A stretch of 64,000 nucleotides of DNA from Candidatus Multivorans sp. (lineage in GTDB: Bacteria; Acidobacteriota; Thermoanaerobaculia; Multivoradales; Multivoraceae), in NCBI GenBank assembly GCA_965247095.1, contig OZ251997.1, forward strand, positions 2,464,001 through 2,528,000. Reading direction: 5' to 3'. A program made the translations under genes and the position numbers. Each line of letters starts with the position of its first letter. Positions within the stretch are counted from its first letter, which is position 1. Below the pieces are notes generated by a model. It saw only the letters and a program-made list of their open reading frames with translations, was not told where the DNA came from and ran no database searches. Below are positions 50,170 to 62,718 of this stretch, one piece after another.

Positions 50170-51560
50170 TTGGATGACGCTGGATGCCCAGAGCGCGTTG
50201 ATCGCTTCCTACCTGCCGAGCGGCGCTCCCGGGTGAGGGAGCGCATGGGTGAAGAGATCGCCGCGCTCGCGGCGCGGATCGACGCGGCGATCTACGAGTT
50301 GCTCGTTCTGATTCGCAAGTCTGATGAACAGGAAGGTTGGAACTGCGATCTTCTCAGTTGCGCGCACTGGCTCACCTGGCGAATCGGTTTCGCGCCCAGC
50401 GCAGCCCGCGAACGAGTGCGGGTGGCCCAGGCCCTGGGCGACCTGCCGCTGATGAGTGAGGCGATGAAGCGCGGCCAGCTCTCCGACTCAACGTGAGAGC
50501 ATTGACCCGCATCGCGCGGCCCGATACCGAGAAATCGCTGGTGGACCTCGGCAAAGCCGGGACCGCCGCGCACGCAGAGCGGGTCGTCAGGGAGTGGCGG
50601 CGGATCGACCGGACACTCGAGGCGAGCGACGACGAGTTGCGCGACGCGTCGAGCCACGTGGGGAATCCAGATCGACGAGAACGCCATGTTCGTGATTCGC
50701 GGACGCCTGGCACCGGAAGCGGGCGAGGCGTTGATGAAGGCGCTCAAGGCCGCGAGCGACACGCTCTATGCCGAGCAGGCGAAGGACCGGCCGCCAGTCG
50801 GCAAGGTGCGCGCCGACGCTCTCGCCGTCGTTGCCGAGAGCGCACTCAAGGGCGGTCTCGATCCGGGATCGAGCGGCGACCGGTATCAGGTCGTCGTTCA
50901 TGTGAACGACGAAGAACTGAGGGCCGGGAAGAACGAGCCGGCGGTTGAACGGGCGCCCCTCACGTTCTTGTTTCCGCGGAAGCAGCCCGCCGCATCGCCT
51001 GCGACGCCGGCAAGGTCTGCATGAGTCACCGTTCCGGCCAGATTCTCAGCGTTGGCCGTAAGACCCGCACCATTCCACCGCCGATCCGGCGCGCACTCGA
51101 GTTCCGCGACCGGGGTTGTCGCTTTCCCGGTTGCACCTCACAGCACTGCGACGCGCACCACATCGTCCACTGGGCCGACGGCGGCGAAACGAAGCTCTCG
51201 AACCTTGTGCTCCTCTGCCGCCGACACCACCGCCTCCTCCTCCATGAAGGGGACTTCCGTATCCGGATGAACGAGGATGGCGCCGTGCAGTTCCTCCATC
51301 CGCGCGGACGGCCGCTGGAGCAGAGTCCGGCGCCACCACCAGTGGGCCTCGACGCGGCCCGGGAGATGGTCGAACACTTGGAGGATGCCGGCATCCTGAT
51401 CACCGGCAAGGAGTCGATGCCGGCCTGGGACGGCCGGCCCATGGACTTGCCCTACGTCCTGGAATGCCTGTGGCCCCCGCCGCCTCACCTGGAGGCCCTG
51501 GTTGCCCGGGAGCGAACTGGCGGCCGCTCCCATCCGTCACAAAGCCCGCCGGCCGCCTAG
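50170..51560 (+). pseudogene. DUF222/HNH endonuclease (13E12-like), multiple frameshifts
   Basis: SCAHWL.WR.G....ARE.VRVA.AL..LP; RRAL..RD.GCRFPGC...DAHHI.HW..GG.T...NL.LLCRRHH. Confidence 0.88.
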
Positions 51561-51734
51561 GCCGCGCTCTTGGGCGGAACGGGCGCGCAGGCTCAAGAAT
51601 CAGGCTGTGGCGATCCGAGGCGCGCAAACACGACCAAGAGGATGCTGAAGAACTCGGGGCTCATTGCAGGAAAGCGTCGTAGAGGTCCAAGCAAAGTGGC
51701 GTGCCAGCGACCGCGAGTCTCGTTGGGGGTGCTT

Positions 51735-51764
51735 TTGACACCTTGCCCCTAAAAACTGTATCTT
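51735..51764 (+). promoter_or_regulatory. Sigma70-like promoter of the DUF5343-DUF4145 operon
   Basis: TTGACA-18-TATCTT upstream of AAGGA RBS. Confidence 0.55.
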
Positions 51765-51833
51765 CGGCTTCCGGCCCGCATAACATGTAGGGACTTCATC
51801 TTTCGTTGCAACAGACAAGGAAGAACAACTTCA

Positions 51834-52541
51834 GTGGCTTCCGAGAAAAATACCTATCCGTACCTCCCCACGAAGGCGTGGTGGACACTACGCCAGAAGT
51901 TCAACCGGTCGATACCAGCCCAAGTGACGCCGCCGTACCTCGTCGCAGTCCTAGGAGGTAAGGAGACGTCGGCCAAGGGGAACGTTCTACCGGCCCTTAA
52001 GGCGGTCGGACTAGTCGACGAGGACGGCGCAACGACCAACCGGGCCAAGCTGTGGCGAGACGACACGAGCTATGCGGACGTGTGCAGGGAGATTCGGGAG
52101 GAAATCTATCCTCCCGACTTGCTGAATGCGATCCCTGACGCATCGCTCGACACAGATGCAGCGAAACGCTGGTTTATGACGACGACTGGATGCGGAGTTC
52201 AGGCAGCACGCAAGATGGCTGCGATGTACTCCTTGCTTGCCGAGGCGATTCCATTGAGCGGGGATCAGCCTACGGCTCCCAAGTCGAAGAATAGAACCGC
52301 ATCGAAGTCGAAGAAGTCGAAGAAGCCGAAGGAAACGGTCTCATCCAAGAAACCGGAACGCGCAGCTCCTCAGGACGGTAGCGCCCTTCGCACCCGTACT
52401 CCTAGTCCTAGTCTCGACATGCCCGAAATGCGTCTCAACGTTGAGATCCGCATCGATGCGAGCGTCACGCCAGAGCAAATTGATTTGATCTTCGCGAGCA
52501 TGGCGAAGCACTTGTACGGTCGCGACGATGAGGGGCAGTAA
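51834..52541 (+). CDS. DUF5343-like domain protein
   Basis: YPY.....W.......P..VT..YL......L...GLVD.DG..T; Lys-rich linker; short C-terminal IxI domain. Confidence 0.7.
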   Translation: MASEKNTYPYLPTKAWWTLRQKFNRSIPAQVTPPYLVAVLGGKETSAKGNVLPALKAVGLVDEDGATTNRAKLWRDDTSYADVCREIREEIYPPDLLNAIPDASLDTDAAKRWFMTTTGCGVQAARKMAAMYSLLAEAIPLSGDQPTAPKSKNRTASKSKKSKKPKETVSSKKPERAAPQDGSALRTRTPSPSLDMPEMRLNVEIRIDASVTPEQIDLIFASMAKHLYGRDDEGQ

Positions 52542-53055
52542 CCCGGAACTAGCCAAGACTGGCCTCACACTCCTAAAGAAGCTCGCGCGCGAAACCCGCG
52601 AGCTACGACAGCCTCCGGAGATAGGGGCGGCGTCGGCCACGGAGAGCGTTCTTCCGCTCTCAGTGGTTCGTGGAACGAGAGGATACCTGGAGACGATTAC
52701 CCACCAGGTCAATGGTTCGTACGAACAAGGTTGTTACGACGCCTGTGCAGTGATGATGCGAAAGGTCATCGAAGTCCTCATAGTGGAGCTATTCGAAGAG
52801 AGGGGGCTGGCAACGAAGATACAGACACCCACCGGCGACTTCATGCAGCTTGAGGCACTTGTCGGCAAGGTGACCGGCGAGCCCACTTGGAACCTCAGCC
52901 GCACGACCAGAAACGCCCTTCCCGACATAAAGAAGGTCGGCGATAACGCGGCACACGGTCGGCGGTTCGCTGCCCACCGGGGCGACATAGATGGCCTCAG
53001 GGTCGGATTTCGGGCTGCAGTCCAAGAACTTGTCGACTTGTGTGGATGGACATAG
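52528..53055 (+). CDS. DUF4145-like HEPN domain protein
   Basis: QVN.SY..G.YDACAVM.RK.IE.L, K..GD.AAH. Confidence 0.72.
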   Translation: MRGSNPELAKTGLTLLKKLARETRELRQPPEIGAASATESVLPLSVVRGTRGYLETITHQVNGSYEQGCYDACAVMMRKVIEVLIVELFEERGLATKIQTPTGDFMQLEALVGKVTGEPTWNLSRTTRNALPDIKKVGDNAAHGRRFAAHRGDIDGLRVGFRAAVQELVDLCGWT

Positions 53056-53161
53056 GGAGAGGAACTCGACCAGCTCCGGCTGTCGGCCAATGAGCAGTCG
53101 AAAGCGCTCGGCATGCGGGTCACCTGTGGGCGATGATCCTGAACGGCCACCGGACCGCTAG

Positions 53162-54666
53162 CCCTGATTCGCGGGAAAGTTCACGCACGGATGGCGTTTG
53201 CGATGGCAATGAAATGGCTGGCGGCCGCCGGCGAGTTGCCGAGATGCAGCGTGGTCTTTCCGGCGGGTCTCAGCAGGACGGCGGCTCGGCTGAGCAGCTT
53301 GAATCGGAGCGTGTGGATGCTCTCGAATCGGCAGCGTGTCCGGCGCTTGCGGTTGGTGTTCCTGACCGGGGCGAGGGTTTCGGCCTGGAAGGCTCGGGAG
53401 AGGTTGAAGGCGAGCACGCTGAGCATCTGCCAGGCGGCGTTGGCCTGCTCCTCGAGGCTCGGCACACAGTCGAAGGCGAAGCCTCCCTTGAGTTCGGCGT
53501 AGGCCTTCTCATGGCTGCCGCGGCCGTTGTAGAAGTGCCACAGGGTACGGCCTTGGACGCGCTTGTTGGTGGTGATGGCCGAGTACTCGTAGTGGCCGTC
53601 TTCTGGACTGAAGAGGTCGAGTTGGAAGTTCTTCCGGGTTTCGTGCGCGACCTTGCGCCGGTAGAGCACGATGCGACGGACCCGGCCCCAGACCGGGAGC
53701 CGGATCTGGTAGCAGCTGGTGCGGTCATCGATGCGCATCCAGGAAGCTCTGGCCGCCACCTGTCTGAGGTGGAGCCAGGGATAGAAGGGGACCTTGATCG
53801 CGTACTCGACGCCCGCGGCGTCGAGGACCTTCAGCACGTCCTTGCGGAAGAAGGCCCCGTCCATACGGAGTTCCAGCTTGCGGCGCCCGCCCACCGCGGT
53901 GCGGACCTGGTCGATCAAGGCCTTGACGAAGCCGACTGCAGCCTTGCCGTCGTGGATGTTGCCGGGACGGTTGAGGAACCGCACGATCCGCCCCTCCTGG
54001 GCCTCGTAAGCGGTGACCGGGTAGTAGCTGGGCACCTTCCGGCGGTGGGGATTGAAGCCCCGGTGCGCCCCCTTCACCTTGAGCCCGGTGCTGACCACCG
54101 AACCGTCGCCGTCCAGCGTCAGCCGGCGCCTGCCAGTCCGTCGCAAGGCGTTCGCGACCAGCTCCTCGTTGAGCTTCGAGAGCCGCTCGACGTCCTGTCT
54201 GCGGATCTGCTGCATCCAGGCGCTCACCGTTCGGGGCGCGGCAACCTCGAGAGCCCGCCGAAGCGGGCCAGGACGGGGTCGGCCTGCTCATAGCGCAGGT
54301 GCCAGATCCGTCTGCCGCCGACCAGGATCAGGCCCAGCAAAGTCAGCAGCATTGGCACGACGCCGAAGTCGGTGGCGGGGAATCCCCGGCCCACGGCACG
54401 GCGGAGCATGGCCGGGAAACCGCTTCGTTTCAGGTACTCCCGGACCAGCTCGAGTCCGGCATGCGAGGTGACTTCCTGTCGCCCCGTTCTGTAGTCCACG
54501 TTGCCGTTGACACGGCGCTTCAGTTCTGCTCTTCTAGATCGCACTGGGAGTGGCCTCTCGTCGATAGGGCTCGTGATCGTTTGCAACCACGAGAATATCC
54601 CATCCCGCAAGGCCCTCCCGGCCTTCGACTCACGTCAAACTAACGCATTGTTCCTGCGAATCAGGG
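53162..54666 (-). mobile_element. IS1380-family insertion sequence, 1505 bp, CTAG target duplication
   Basis: Terminal IRs CCCTGATTCGC(G/A)GGAA; CTAG at 53158-53161 and 54667-54670. Confidence 0.9.
53181..54544 (-). pseudogene. IS1380 DDE transposase with frameshift near 54235
   Basis: TSHAGL; TLD.DGSV, GFN...SYYP, RPGN.HD, LRMD.AF, YNGRG..E....ELK; split over two ORFs. Confidence 0.88.
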
Positions 54667-54709
54667 CTAGGTGACCGGCCGGGAGCAACGGGTCGCAGCC
54701 GTCACCGTT

Positions 54710-54862
54710 TCAGAAGAGGTTCGCGTCAGGCGCGTTGACGTCGTCGAGCCGCAGTTTCTCCTCGGCCGTCAGTTCGACCTCAAGCGCGGCCACAGCCTCT
54801 TCGAGATGGCTCATCTTCGCGACGCCGACGATCGGCGACGCGACGACCGGATTGGCCAGCAC
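54710..54862 (-). repeat. Diverged duplicate of the aldo/keto reductase 3' end (matches 62719-62871)
   Basis: VLANPVVASPIVGVAKMSHLEEAVAALEVELTAEEKLRLDDVNAPDANLF* versus ...GVTKMSHLEEAVAALEVELTAAEKRRLEEVYTPRANLF*. Confidence 0.93.
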
Positions 54863-54921
54863 AGAGAAGACCACACTAGGCCCTCGTCAGGGTGGCTCAC
54901 GCCTCGCCGCCAGCTTACTCC

Positions 54922-55392
54922 TCAGAATCGCCAACCCTCAGCCTCCATGAACCGCTCAAGGTTGGTTGACTCGATACCGAAGTGCCTGCAGATCTCCGGA
55001 ATGCCGACCGAGTTGGGCCTGGGCTGCTCAAGTGTCACGACAACACCCTTCGCGACGGAGGCCCTCGCGATCACAAATGGGTCGGCGTTGCGGCCTCCCT
55101 TGAGGATTTTCTTCAACTCGATGTTGGATTGGAAATGTGGAAACTCAAAGATCCGACGGACGAACCGAGCCTCATCGGCCGTCGGCGCAGAAAACAAATC
55201 CTCACTGAGGCTAAGCCAGCGCCTGTGCTCCTCAAAGCCAAAATCCTCGAGCTCTCGCCGTACTTCCCGCGTCGAGATGATCTTCCCACTGGAAACAAGC
55301 CCGTCAAACCTCTCCCACAAGCTGGGAAAACGGCCTCGATAGAAGTTCTTGATCAACGCCGAAAAGGGCGACGTGTCGAATACGTATGTCAC
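54922..55392 (-). CDS. DUF4411 PIN-like protein
   Basis: YVFDTS, FPSLW, EV..EL, ADPFVIA.A....VVT.E, IP.IC..F. Confidence 0.85.
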   Translation of the reverse strand: MTYVFDTSPFSALIKNFYRGRFPSLWERFDGLVSSGKIISTREVRRELEDFGFEEHRRWLSLSEDLFSAPTADEARFVRRIFEFPHFQSNIELKKILKGGRNADPFVIARASVAKGVVVTLEQPRPNSVGIPEICRHFGIESTNLERFMEAEGWRF

Positions 55393-56528
55393 GTCACCTT
55401 CCTGGCGAAGTAGTCCTCCAACTTCGCCAGGTTCGTGACCTTTACATCAACGTAGCCAGCGAGCTCCTCGTCGCTGATCCGGTTCCGGTAGTACTTGGAG
55501 AATGCTGTTTGAATGTAGGGCCTTCCCAGGTAAGAGATCTTTGTCCAGTAGTAGTTGCCGCCCGTTCCTCCTCGTCGCGTCTGCCGGGCCCAGCGTCGAG
55601 CGGCCATTCGGTAGAGCTCTAGACTCACGAGTCCGCGATCCAGAAATCTCCGAAACACGAACTCCCGCGAGACATGGTATCTGCGAGCGATCGTCGTCGC
55701 GGACGCTTCATCTGCACCAAACCTCCGAAGCTCCAGGTCAAACCGGCTCTTCGGAAGGAGGAGTTCGGCAGCGAACTGATTGCAGGCGGTTTCGATCGCC
55801 CGAGAGGCAGGCGGCAGCACCTCTACGTCTTGTTGTGGCAACCCGTCCACTCCGCTCGTGTGGAAGAGAAGATGAGCCAACTCGTGAAAGAGGGTGAAGA
55901 TCTGGCGAGTCAGAGACGAGGAGTTGTTGACGTAGATCAGGGGAAAGGTCTCGTCATACAGGCAGAACCCCGAGAGGAGGTCGGTCGGGAATGCGTCCTT
56001 GAAGACGGCTACACCGACGGCTTCCAGGGCGTCGCGCCACGAGTCCATCGCGGCGACTGCGTCGGGCCACGCCATCTGCTCGTCGAGAGAGACCCCAAGA
56101 TACTCACGGGTAGTCTCGACCGCGGGCTCGACACGGAGCGGCTGAGAGAACGACAGATCGTGGACGGCGAGCCGCTCCGCGGCACTAACACCGTCGTTGA
56201 GTTCCGCGAGATTGAGCTGGAAGGCTCTGGCCTTCCGCAGTAGCGCGCGAATCTCACCGGGGATGCCGTCAAAGTAGGCGTCCGGAAGCGTCCGGAAGGA
56301 CTGGCGGATCGGCGGAACGTCGGGCGGCGCCGGGAAGAAGAAGACGGCCGTAGGAAGCCGCAGGAACTTGCTCAGATTCTCCAGTTGCGGGTAGGTCGGG
56401 CATGCCTCTCCAGCTTCCCAGGCAGCGATCCTCGGGAACTTCGCGCGCGCTTCCTCAAGGGGAAGAGCGGCGCGTTCTCGGGCCCAGGTCAGGACGGCAG
56501 GTGTGATCGGGAGGGGGTCGTTGGCCAT
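55389..56528 (-). CDS. Xre-HTH plus ImmA/IrrE metallopeptidase
   Basis: P.VL.WARER, WE.GE..PT..QL, RQIFTLFHELAH (HExxH), E..CNQFAAE.LLP. Confidence 0.9.
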   Translation of the reverse strand: MANDPLPITPAVLTWARERAALPLEEARAKFPRIAAWEAGEACPTYPQLENLSKFLRLPTAVFFFPAPPDVPPIRQSFRTLPDAYFDGIPGEIRALLRKARAFQLNLAELNDGVSAAERLAVHDLSFSQPLRVEPAVETTREYLGVSLDEQMAWPDAVAAMDSWRDALEAVGVAVFKDAFPTDLLSGFCLYDETFPLIYVNNSSSLTRQIFTLFHELAHLLFHTSGVDGLPQQDVEVLPPASRAIETACNQFAAELLLPKSRFDLELRRFGADEASATTIARRYHVSREFVFRRFLDRGLVSLELYRMAARRWARQTRRGGTGGNYYWTKISYLGRPYIQTAFSKYYRNRISDEELAGYVDVKVTNLAKLEDYFARKVT

Positions 56529-56614
56529 GAGGCACCTCGGCCGCTGTCTAGTCCACTGTGCGGGACGACGATAACCGATACCCGAGAGTCCCTGAGCGCC
56601 GTCACACCATGGAA

Positions 56615-58828
<2,214 letters not shown>

Positions 58829-61015
58829 TTAGCTCAGATCGTGCTTGGAGAGTGGCAGCGAGCGCACGCGCTTGCCGGTCACGGAGAAGATGGCGTTGCA
58901 CAGTGCCGGCGGGACCGGCGGCAGCGCCGGTTCGCCCAGGCCGGTTGGGGGATGGTCGCTCTTGACGAAGTGCACCTCCACCGGCGGCGCCTGGTCCATG
59001 CGCAGCAGCTTGAAGTTGTGGAAGTTGCTCTGCATCGTGCGTCCGCCCTCGAAGGTGATCTCCTGGTCGAGCGCCTGGCCGAGGCCGTCGAGCGCCGCAC
59101 CCTGGACTTGGTTGACCGCGTTGCTCGGGTTGACGATCTGATTGCCGACGTCGCCGGCGACCCAGATCTTGTCGACGCCGAGTTCTCCTTCCGGACTGAT
59201 CGTGGCCTGGACCACTTCGGCGAAGTACCCGCGATGGCTGAAGTGGAACGCCACGCCCTGACGGGTCCCGTCGGCCAAGTCGGTCTTGCCCCAGCCCGAC
59301 TTGTCGCGCACCAGCTCGAGCACGGCCTTCATTCTCTGGGGATCGAACGCGGTCTTGACCCCGGCCTCCGCCGAGTCGAGTAGGTCGAGGCGGAACTGCA
59401 GCGGGTCCTTCCCGGCCTCGGCCGCGAGCTCGTCGATGAACGACTGCACCACGAAGGAGATCGCATTGCTCGTGGGGGCTCGCAGCGCTCCGGTCGGGAT
59501 GCCGAGCGGCATCTTCGAGGCCTCGAGCGCGAAGTTCGGCACGAACGCCTGCGGGAACTCGTTCCGGGACATTTCGGCGCTCGGGGCGAAGCGCCGGCCT
59601 TCACCGAAGGTGACGAAGTGGTCGCGCCACGCCACGAGGTTCCCGCCTTCGTCGAGACCACCTTCCAGGAAGTGGTAGCCGCCGGGGCGGAAGAAGTCGT
59701 GGCGCGTGTCGTCTTCGCGCGTCCACAGCAGCTTGACCGGCACTCCCGCCTGCTGGGCGATGAGCGCGGCCTCGAGCATGTAGTCGAAGTACAGCCGCCT
59801 GCCGAAGCCCCCGCCCATGCGGGTCAGGTGGATCGTGATCTTGTCCTGGGGAATGCCTAGCGCCTTGCTGAGGTCACCGCGCGCGAACTGGGGCGTCTGG
59901 CTCGGCGCCCACATCTCGAGTTCCCCATCGCGGACGTGGGCCGTCGTGTTCTGCGGCTCGAGCGGCGCGTGGGCGAGAAAGGGATACTCGTAGGCGGCCT
60001 GCAGCGTCTTCGCCGCCGAGCCGAGTGCCCCGGCCGCGTCGCCGTTGCTCGTGAGGGTCTGCTCCGGCACCTTCTTCGACAGTGCCTGCGCCTGACGATC
60101 GAAGTCCTCGGTGCTCTGGGTCGCGGTGGTTCCTTCCTCCCAGGTGACCTCGAGCTTGCCGCGCGCCTCGTTGACCAGCCACCAGGAGTCGCCGACGATG
60201 GCGACGCCGTTGATCGGCAGTTGAGCAGCGTTCGAGTCGACGACGAAGGCATCGGTGACGCCGGGCGCCGCCTTGACGGCCGCGAGGTCGACGCTCCCCA
60301 CCCGACCGCCGTGGACCGGGCACTTCTCGAACACGGCGTGCTTCATCCCGGGCACCGAGACGTCGATGCCGAACAGCGGCTCGCCAACGACGATCTTCGG
60401 GTTGTCTACGCCCGGAATCGGCTGGCCGATGATCGTGAAGTCCTTCGGGTCCTTGAGGGCGACGGTCCGGGGATTGGGCGGCTCAAGCCGCGCCGCGGCG
60501 CTCGCCAGCTCGCCGTAGGACATCGACTTGTTCTTGAAGTGGACGACTCCGGCTTCGGTCGTGCATTTCTCAGGCTTCGTGCCCCACTCCTTCGCCGCGG
60601 CTTCCACGAGCATGGAGCGAGCGGCAGCCCCGACGCGGCGCATCGACTCGTAGTGCATCGGCGTCGCCATGCTGCCGCCGGCCATCTGACCCCGGTACTT
60701 GGTCGGGTCGAAGTCCGCCTGCTCCACGCGCACCTGACTCCAGGGGATGTCGAGCTCCTCGGCAATGAGCATCGGCAGCATCGTCTTGACGCCCTGCCCG
60801 ATCTCGGGGTTCTGGGCCATGATCGTCACCACGCCGTCCGGCGTGAGGCGTACGAACGCGCTGAGGATCGCCTCGACATTGGCATCGGCAACGGCGGCAC
60901 TCGCGCCGCGCGGACCGTCCAGTCCGAAGCGCACCCCGAGGAGCATTCCTCCTCCCGCCAGGGCGGTGACCTGAAGAAAGCTGCGTCGTGAAGCGGTTCT
61001 ATCTGCGGCGCTCAT
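58829..61015 (-). CDS. Molybdopterin-binding oxidoreductase large subunit (IorB/xanthine dehydrogenase family)
   Basis: Tat signal SRRSFL, E.GQG..T.L....AEEL, GGGFGRR, G.GEP..PP..PAL.NA. Confidence 0.92.
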   Translation of the reverse strand: MSAADRTASRRSFLQVTALAGGGMLLGVRFGLDGPRGASAAVADANVEAILSAFVRLTPDGVVTIMAQNPEIGQGVKTMLPMLIAEELDIPWSQVRVEQADFDPTKYRGQMAGGSMATPMHYESMRRVGAAARSMLVEAAAKEWGTKPEKCTTEAGVVHFKNKSMSYGELASAAARLEPPNPRTVALKDPKDFTIIGQPIPGVDNPKIVVGEPLFGIDVSVPGMKHAVFEKCPVHGGRVGSVDLAAVKAAPGVTDAFVVDSNAAQLPINGVAIVGDSWWLVNEARGKLEVTWEEGTTATQSTEDFDRQAQALSKKVPEQTLTSNGDAAGALGSAAKTLQAAYEYPFLAHAPLEPQNTTAHVRDGELEMWAPSQTPQFARGDLSKALGIPQDKITIHLTRMGGGFGRRLYFDYMLEAALIAQQAGVPVKLLWTREDDTRHDFFRPGGYHFLEGGLDEGGNLVAWRDHFVTFGEGRRFAPSAEMSRNEFPQAFVPNFALEASKMPLGIPTGALRAPTSNAISFVVQSFIDELAAEAGKDPLQFRLDLLDSAEAGVKTAFDPQRMKAVLELVRDKSGWGKTDLADGTRQGVAFHFSHRGYFAEVVQATISPEGELGVDKIWVAGDVGNQIVNPSNAVNQVQGAALDGLGQALDQEITFEGGRTMQSNFHNFKLLRMDQAPPVEVHFVKSDHPPTGLGEPALPPVPPALCNAIFSVTGKRVRSLPLSKHDLS

Positions 61016-61512
61016 GCCTCACTCCCTCCCGTGGTCTCGCTGACGCTCGACGGCGCCTGCGCGATCTCGGCGGCGCGATGGATTGCGGCCCGGATCCGTG
61101 TGTAGGTCGCACATCGGCAGAGGTTCCCGCTCATGGCCTCGTCGATGTCCCCGTCCGTGGGCGCCGGGGTGCTCGCGAGGAGAGCCGAGGCCGACATGAT
61201 CTGGCCGGCCTGGCAGTAGCCGCACTGCGGCACGTCGATCTCCTGCCAGGCGAGCTGCACGGGATGGCCGCCGTCCGCGGACAGGCCTTCGATCGTCGTG
61301 ATCTCCTTCCCCTCCGCGCGCGACACCGGCATGCGGCAACTGCGCTCTGCTGTGCCGTCGACGTGCACGGTGCAGGCCCCGCAGAATGACCGACCGCAGC
61401 CGAACTTGGTTCCCTTCAGGTCGAGTTCGTCACGGAGGACCCAGAGCAGGGGCATCTCCGCCGGCGCTTCGACCGTAGTCGACTTGCCGTTGAGCTTGAA
61501 GGCGATCGCCAT
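61012..61512 (-). CDS. (2Fe-2S)-binding small subunit (IorA-like)
   Basis: GTKFGCG...CGACTVH, PQCGYCQ.GQ, GNLCRC. Confidence 0.95.
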   Translation of the reverse strand: MAIAFKLNGKSTTVEAPAEMPLLWVLRDELDLKGTKFGCGRSFCGACTVHVDGTAERSCRMPVSRAEGKEITTIEGLSADGGHPVQLAWQEIDVPQCGYCQAGQIMSASALLASTPAPTDGDIDEAMSGNLCRCATYTRIRAAIHRAAEIAQAPSSVSETTGGSEA

Positions 61513-61740
61513 GATCCAGTTCTCCTCCGAGAGGTCAAGCCGGTACGTATTCAATGGACCGGGACGGTAGGCGGCAGTTCCCGCTCACGCGCGCACCCTA
61601 GCAGCCCGCTCCGAAGCTCCAGATCAGCTCGCGACGCCTCCTCTCGAGTGCCAGCCTGCGAAGCATCGCGTACGCTCGCGGTGCCGGAGACCAGCTCGCC
61701 CCGGCGAGTTCCAGTGACCCATCCCAGCGAAGGAGACGAG

Positions 61741-62547
61741 TTGAGCAGCTTTCAGCAGGTCGCCGACTTTCTAGCCGAGTGCGACTGTCTGGCGGAGGTC
61801 CTGGCGCCACTCTCGGACGACGACTTCGAGCGAGCCACCCTCTTCAAGGAGTGGACCCTTCACGACGTCGTCGCCCATCTCCACATCTTCAACTACGCCG
61901 CCGACGCCTCGATCCACGATCTCTCCGCCTTCGAGGACTTCAAGCAGTACATGGCCGCGCGCCGCGGCCGGCTCAACCTGCGCGAACTGACCGACAAGTG
62001 GTTCGAGGGCAAGCGCAACCGCTCCGTCTACGACGTCTGGCGGGAGTACTACCCGCGGATGTGCGAACGGCTCGAGGGGGTCGATCCGAAGCAGCGCGCG
62101 GAGTGGTTCGGACCGTCGATGAGTGTGCGCAGCTCCATCACCGCGAGGCAGATGGAGACCTGGGCGCACGGCCAGGAGGTCTTCGACGTGCTTGGACTCG
62201 ATCGTGTCGAGACGGACAGGATCAAGAACATCGTCTTCCTGGGAATCAACACCTTCGGCTGGACCTACGCCGTGCGCGGACTCGACCGTCCCGATGTCGT
62301 TCCGTGCCTGCGTCTTGTCGCGCCGTCCGGCGAGATCTGGACCTGGAACGCGGACGAAGGCGCCAACCGGATCACCGGGAATGCGGTCGACTTCGCCCAG
62401 GTGGTCACCCAGGCGCGCAACGTCGCCGACACGTCACTGGAGGTCACAGGACCCATCGCCACCGAGTGGATGGGCATGGCGCAGTGTTTCGCCGGCGCCC
62501 CCGAAACACCACCGGCCCCGGGGGCACGGCACAAGGCCGGGAGCTGA
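61741..62547 (+). CDS. TIGR03084-like metal-binding protein (DinB/MDMPI superfamily)
   Basis: WT..DV.AHL, W.GP.MS..S..TAR.METWAHGQ, AQCFAG.P; AAGGAG RBS before TTG. Confidence 0.85.
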   Translation: MSSFQQVADFLAECDCLAEVLAPLSDDDFERATLFKEWTLHDVVAHLHIFNYAADASIHDLSAFEDFKQYMAARRGRLNLRELTDKWFEGKRNRSVYDVWREYYPRMCERLEGVDPKQRAEWFGPSMSVRSSITARQMETWAHGQEVFDVLGLDRVETDRIKNIVFLGINTFGWTYAVRGLDRPDVVPCLRLVAPSGEIWTWNADEGANRITGNAVDFAQVVTQARNVADTSLEVTGPIATEWMGMAQCFAGAPETPPAPGARHKAGS

Positions 62548-62698
62548 CGCGGCAGAACTACCGGCGGCCGGCGCTTCGCGCCGGATGCGGGCAGGATGCC
62601 CGCGTGCCATCCGTGCGCCCGATGACGGGCGCACGGAGTGGTTCGCGTGTGGCGCGGCTCGCGCCACACGGGTTCCCAGGTCAGATCGTTCTGCCGCG
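62548..62698. repeat. Multi-hairpin palindromic element (REP/REPIN-like or bidirectional terminator)
   Basis: 11-bp outer IR enclosing four perfect hairpins, between convergent genes. Confidence 0.75.
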
Positions 62699-62718
62699 CA
62701 ATCTCCTAGACCGACGTC

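Noticed and set aside
51638-51656. GAGGATGCTGAAGAACTC resembling an IS terminal inverted repeat
   Set aside because: No partner IR or transposase nearby; too short to support
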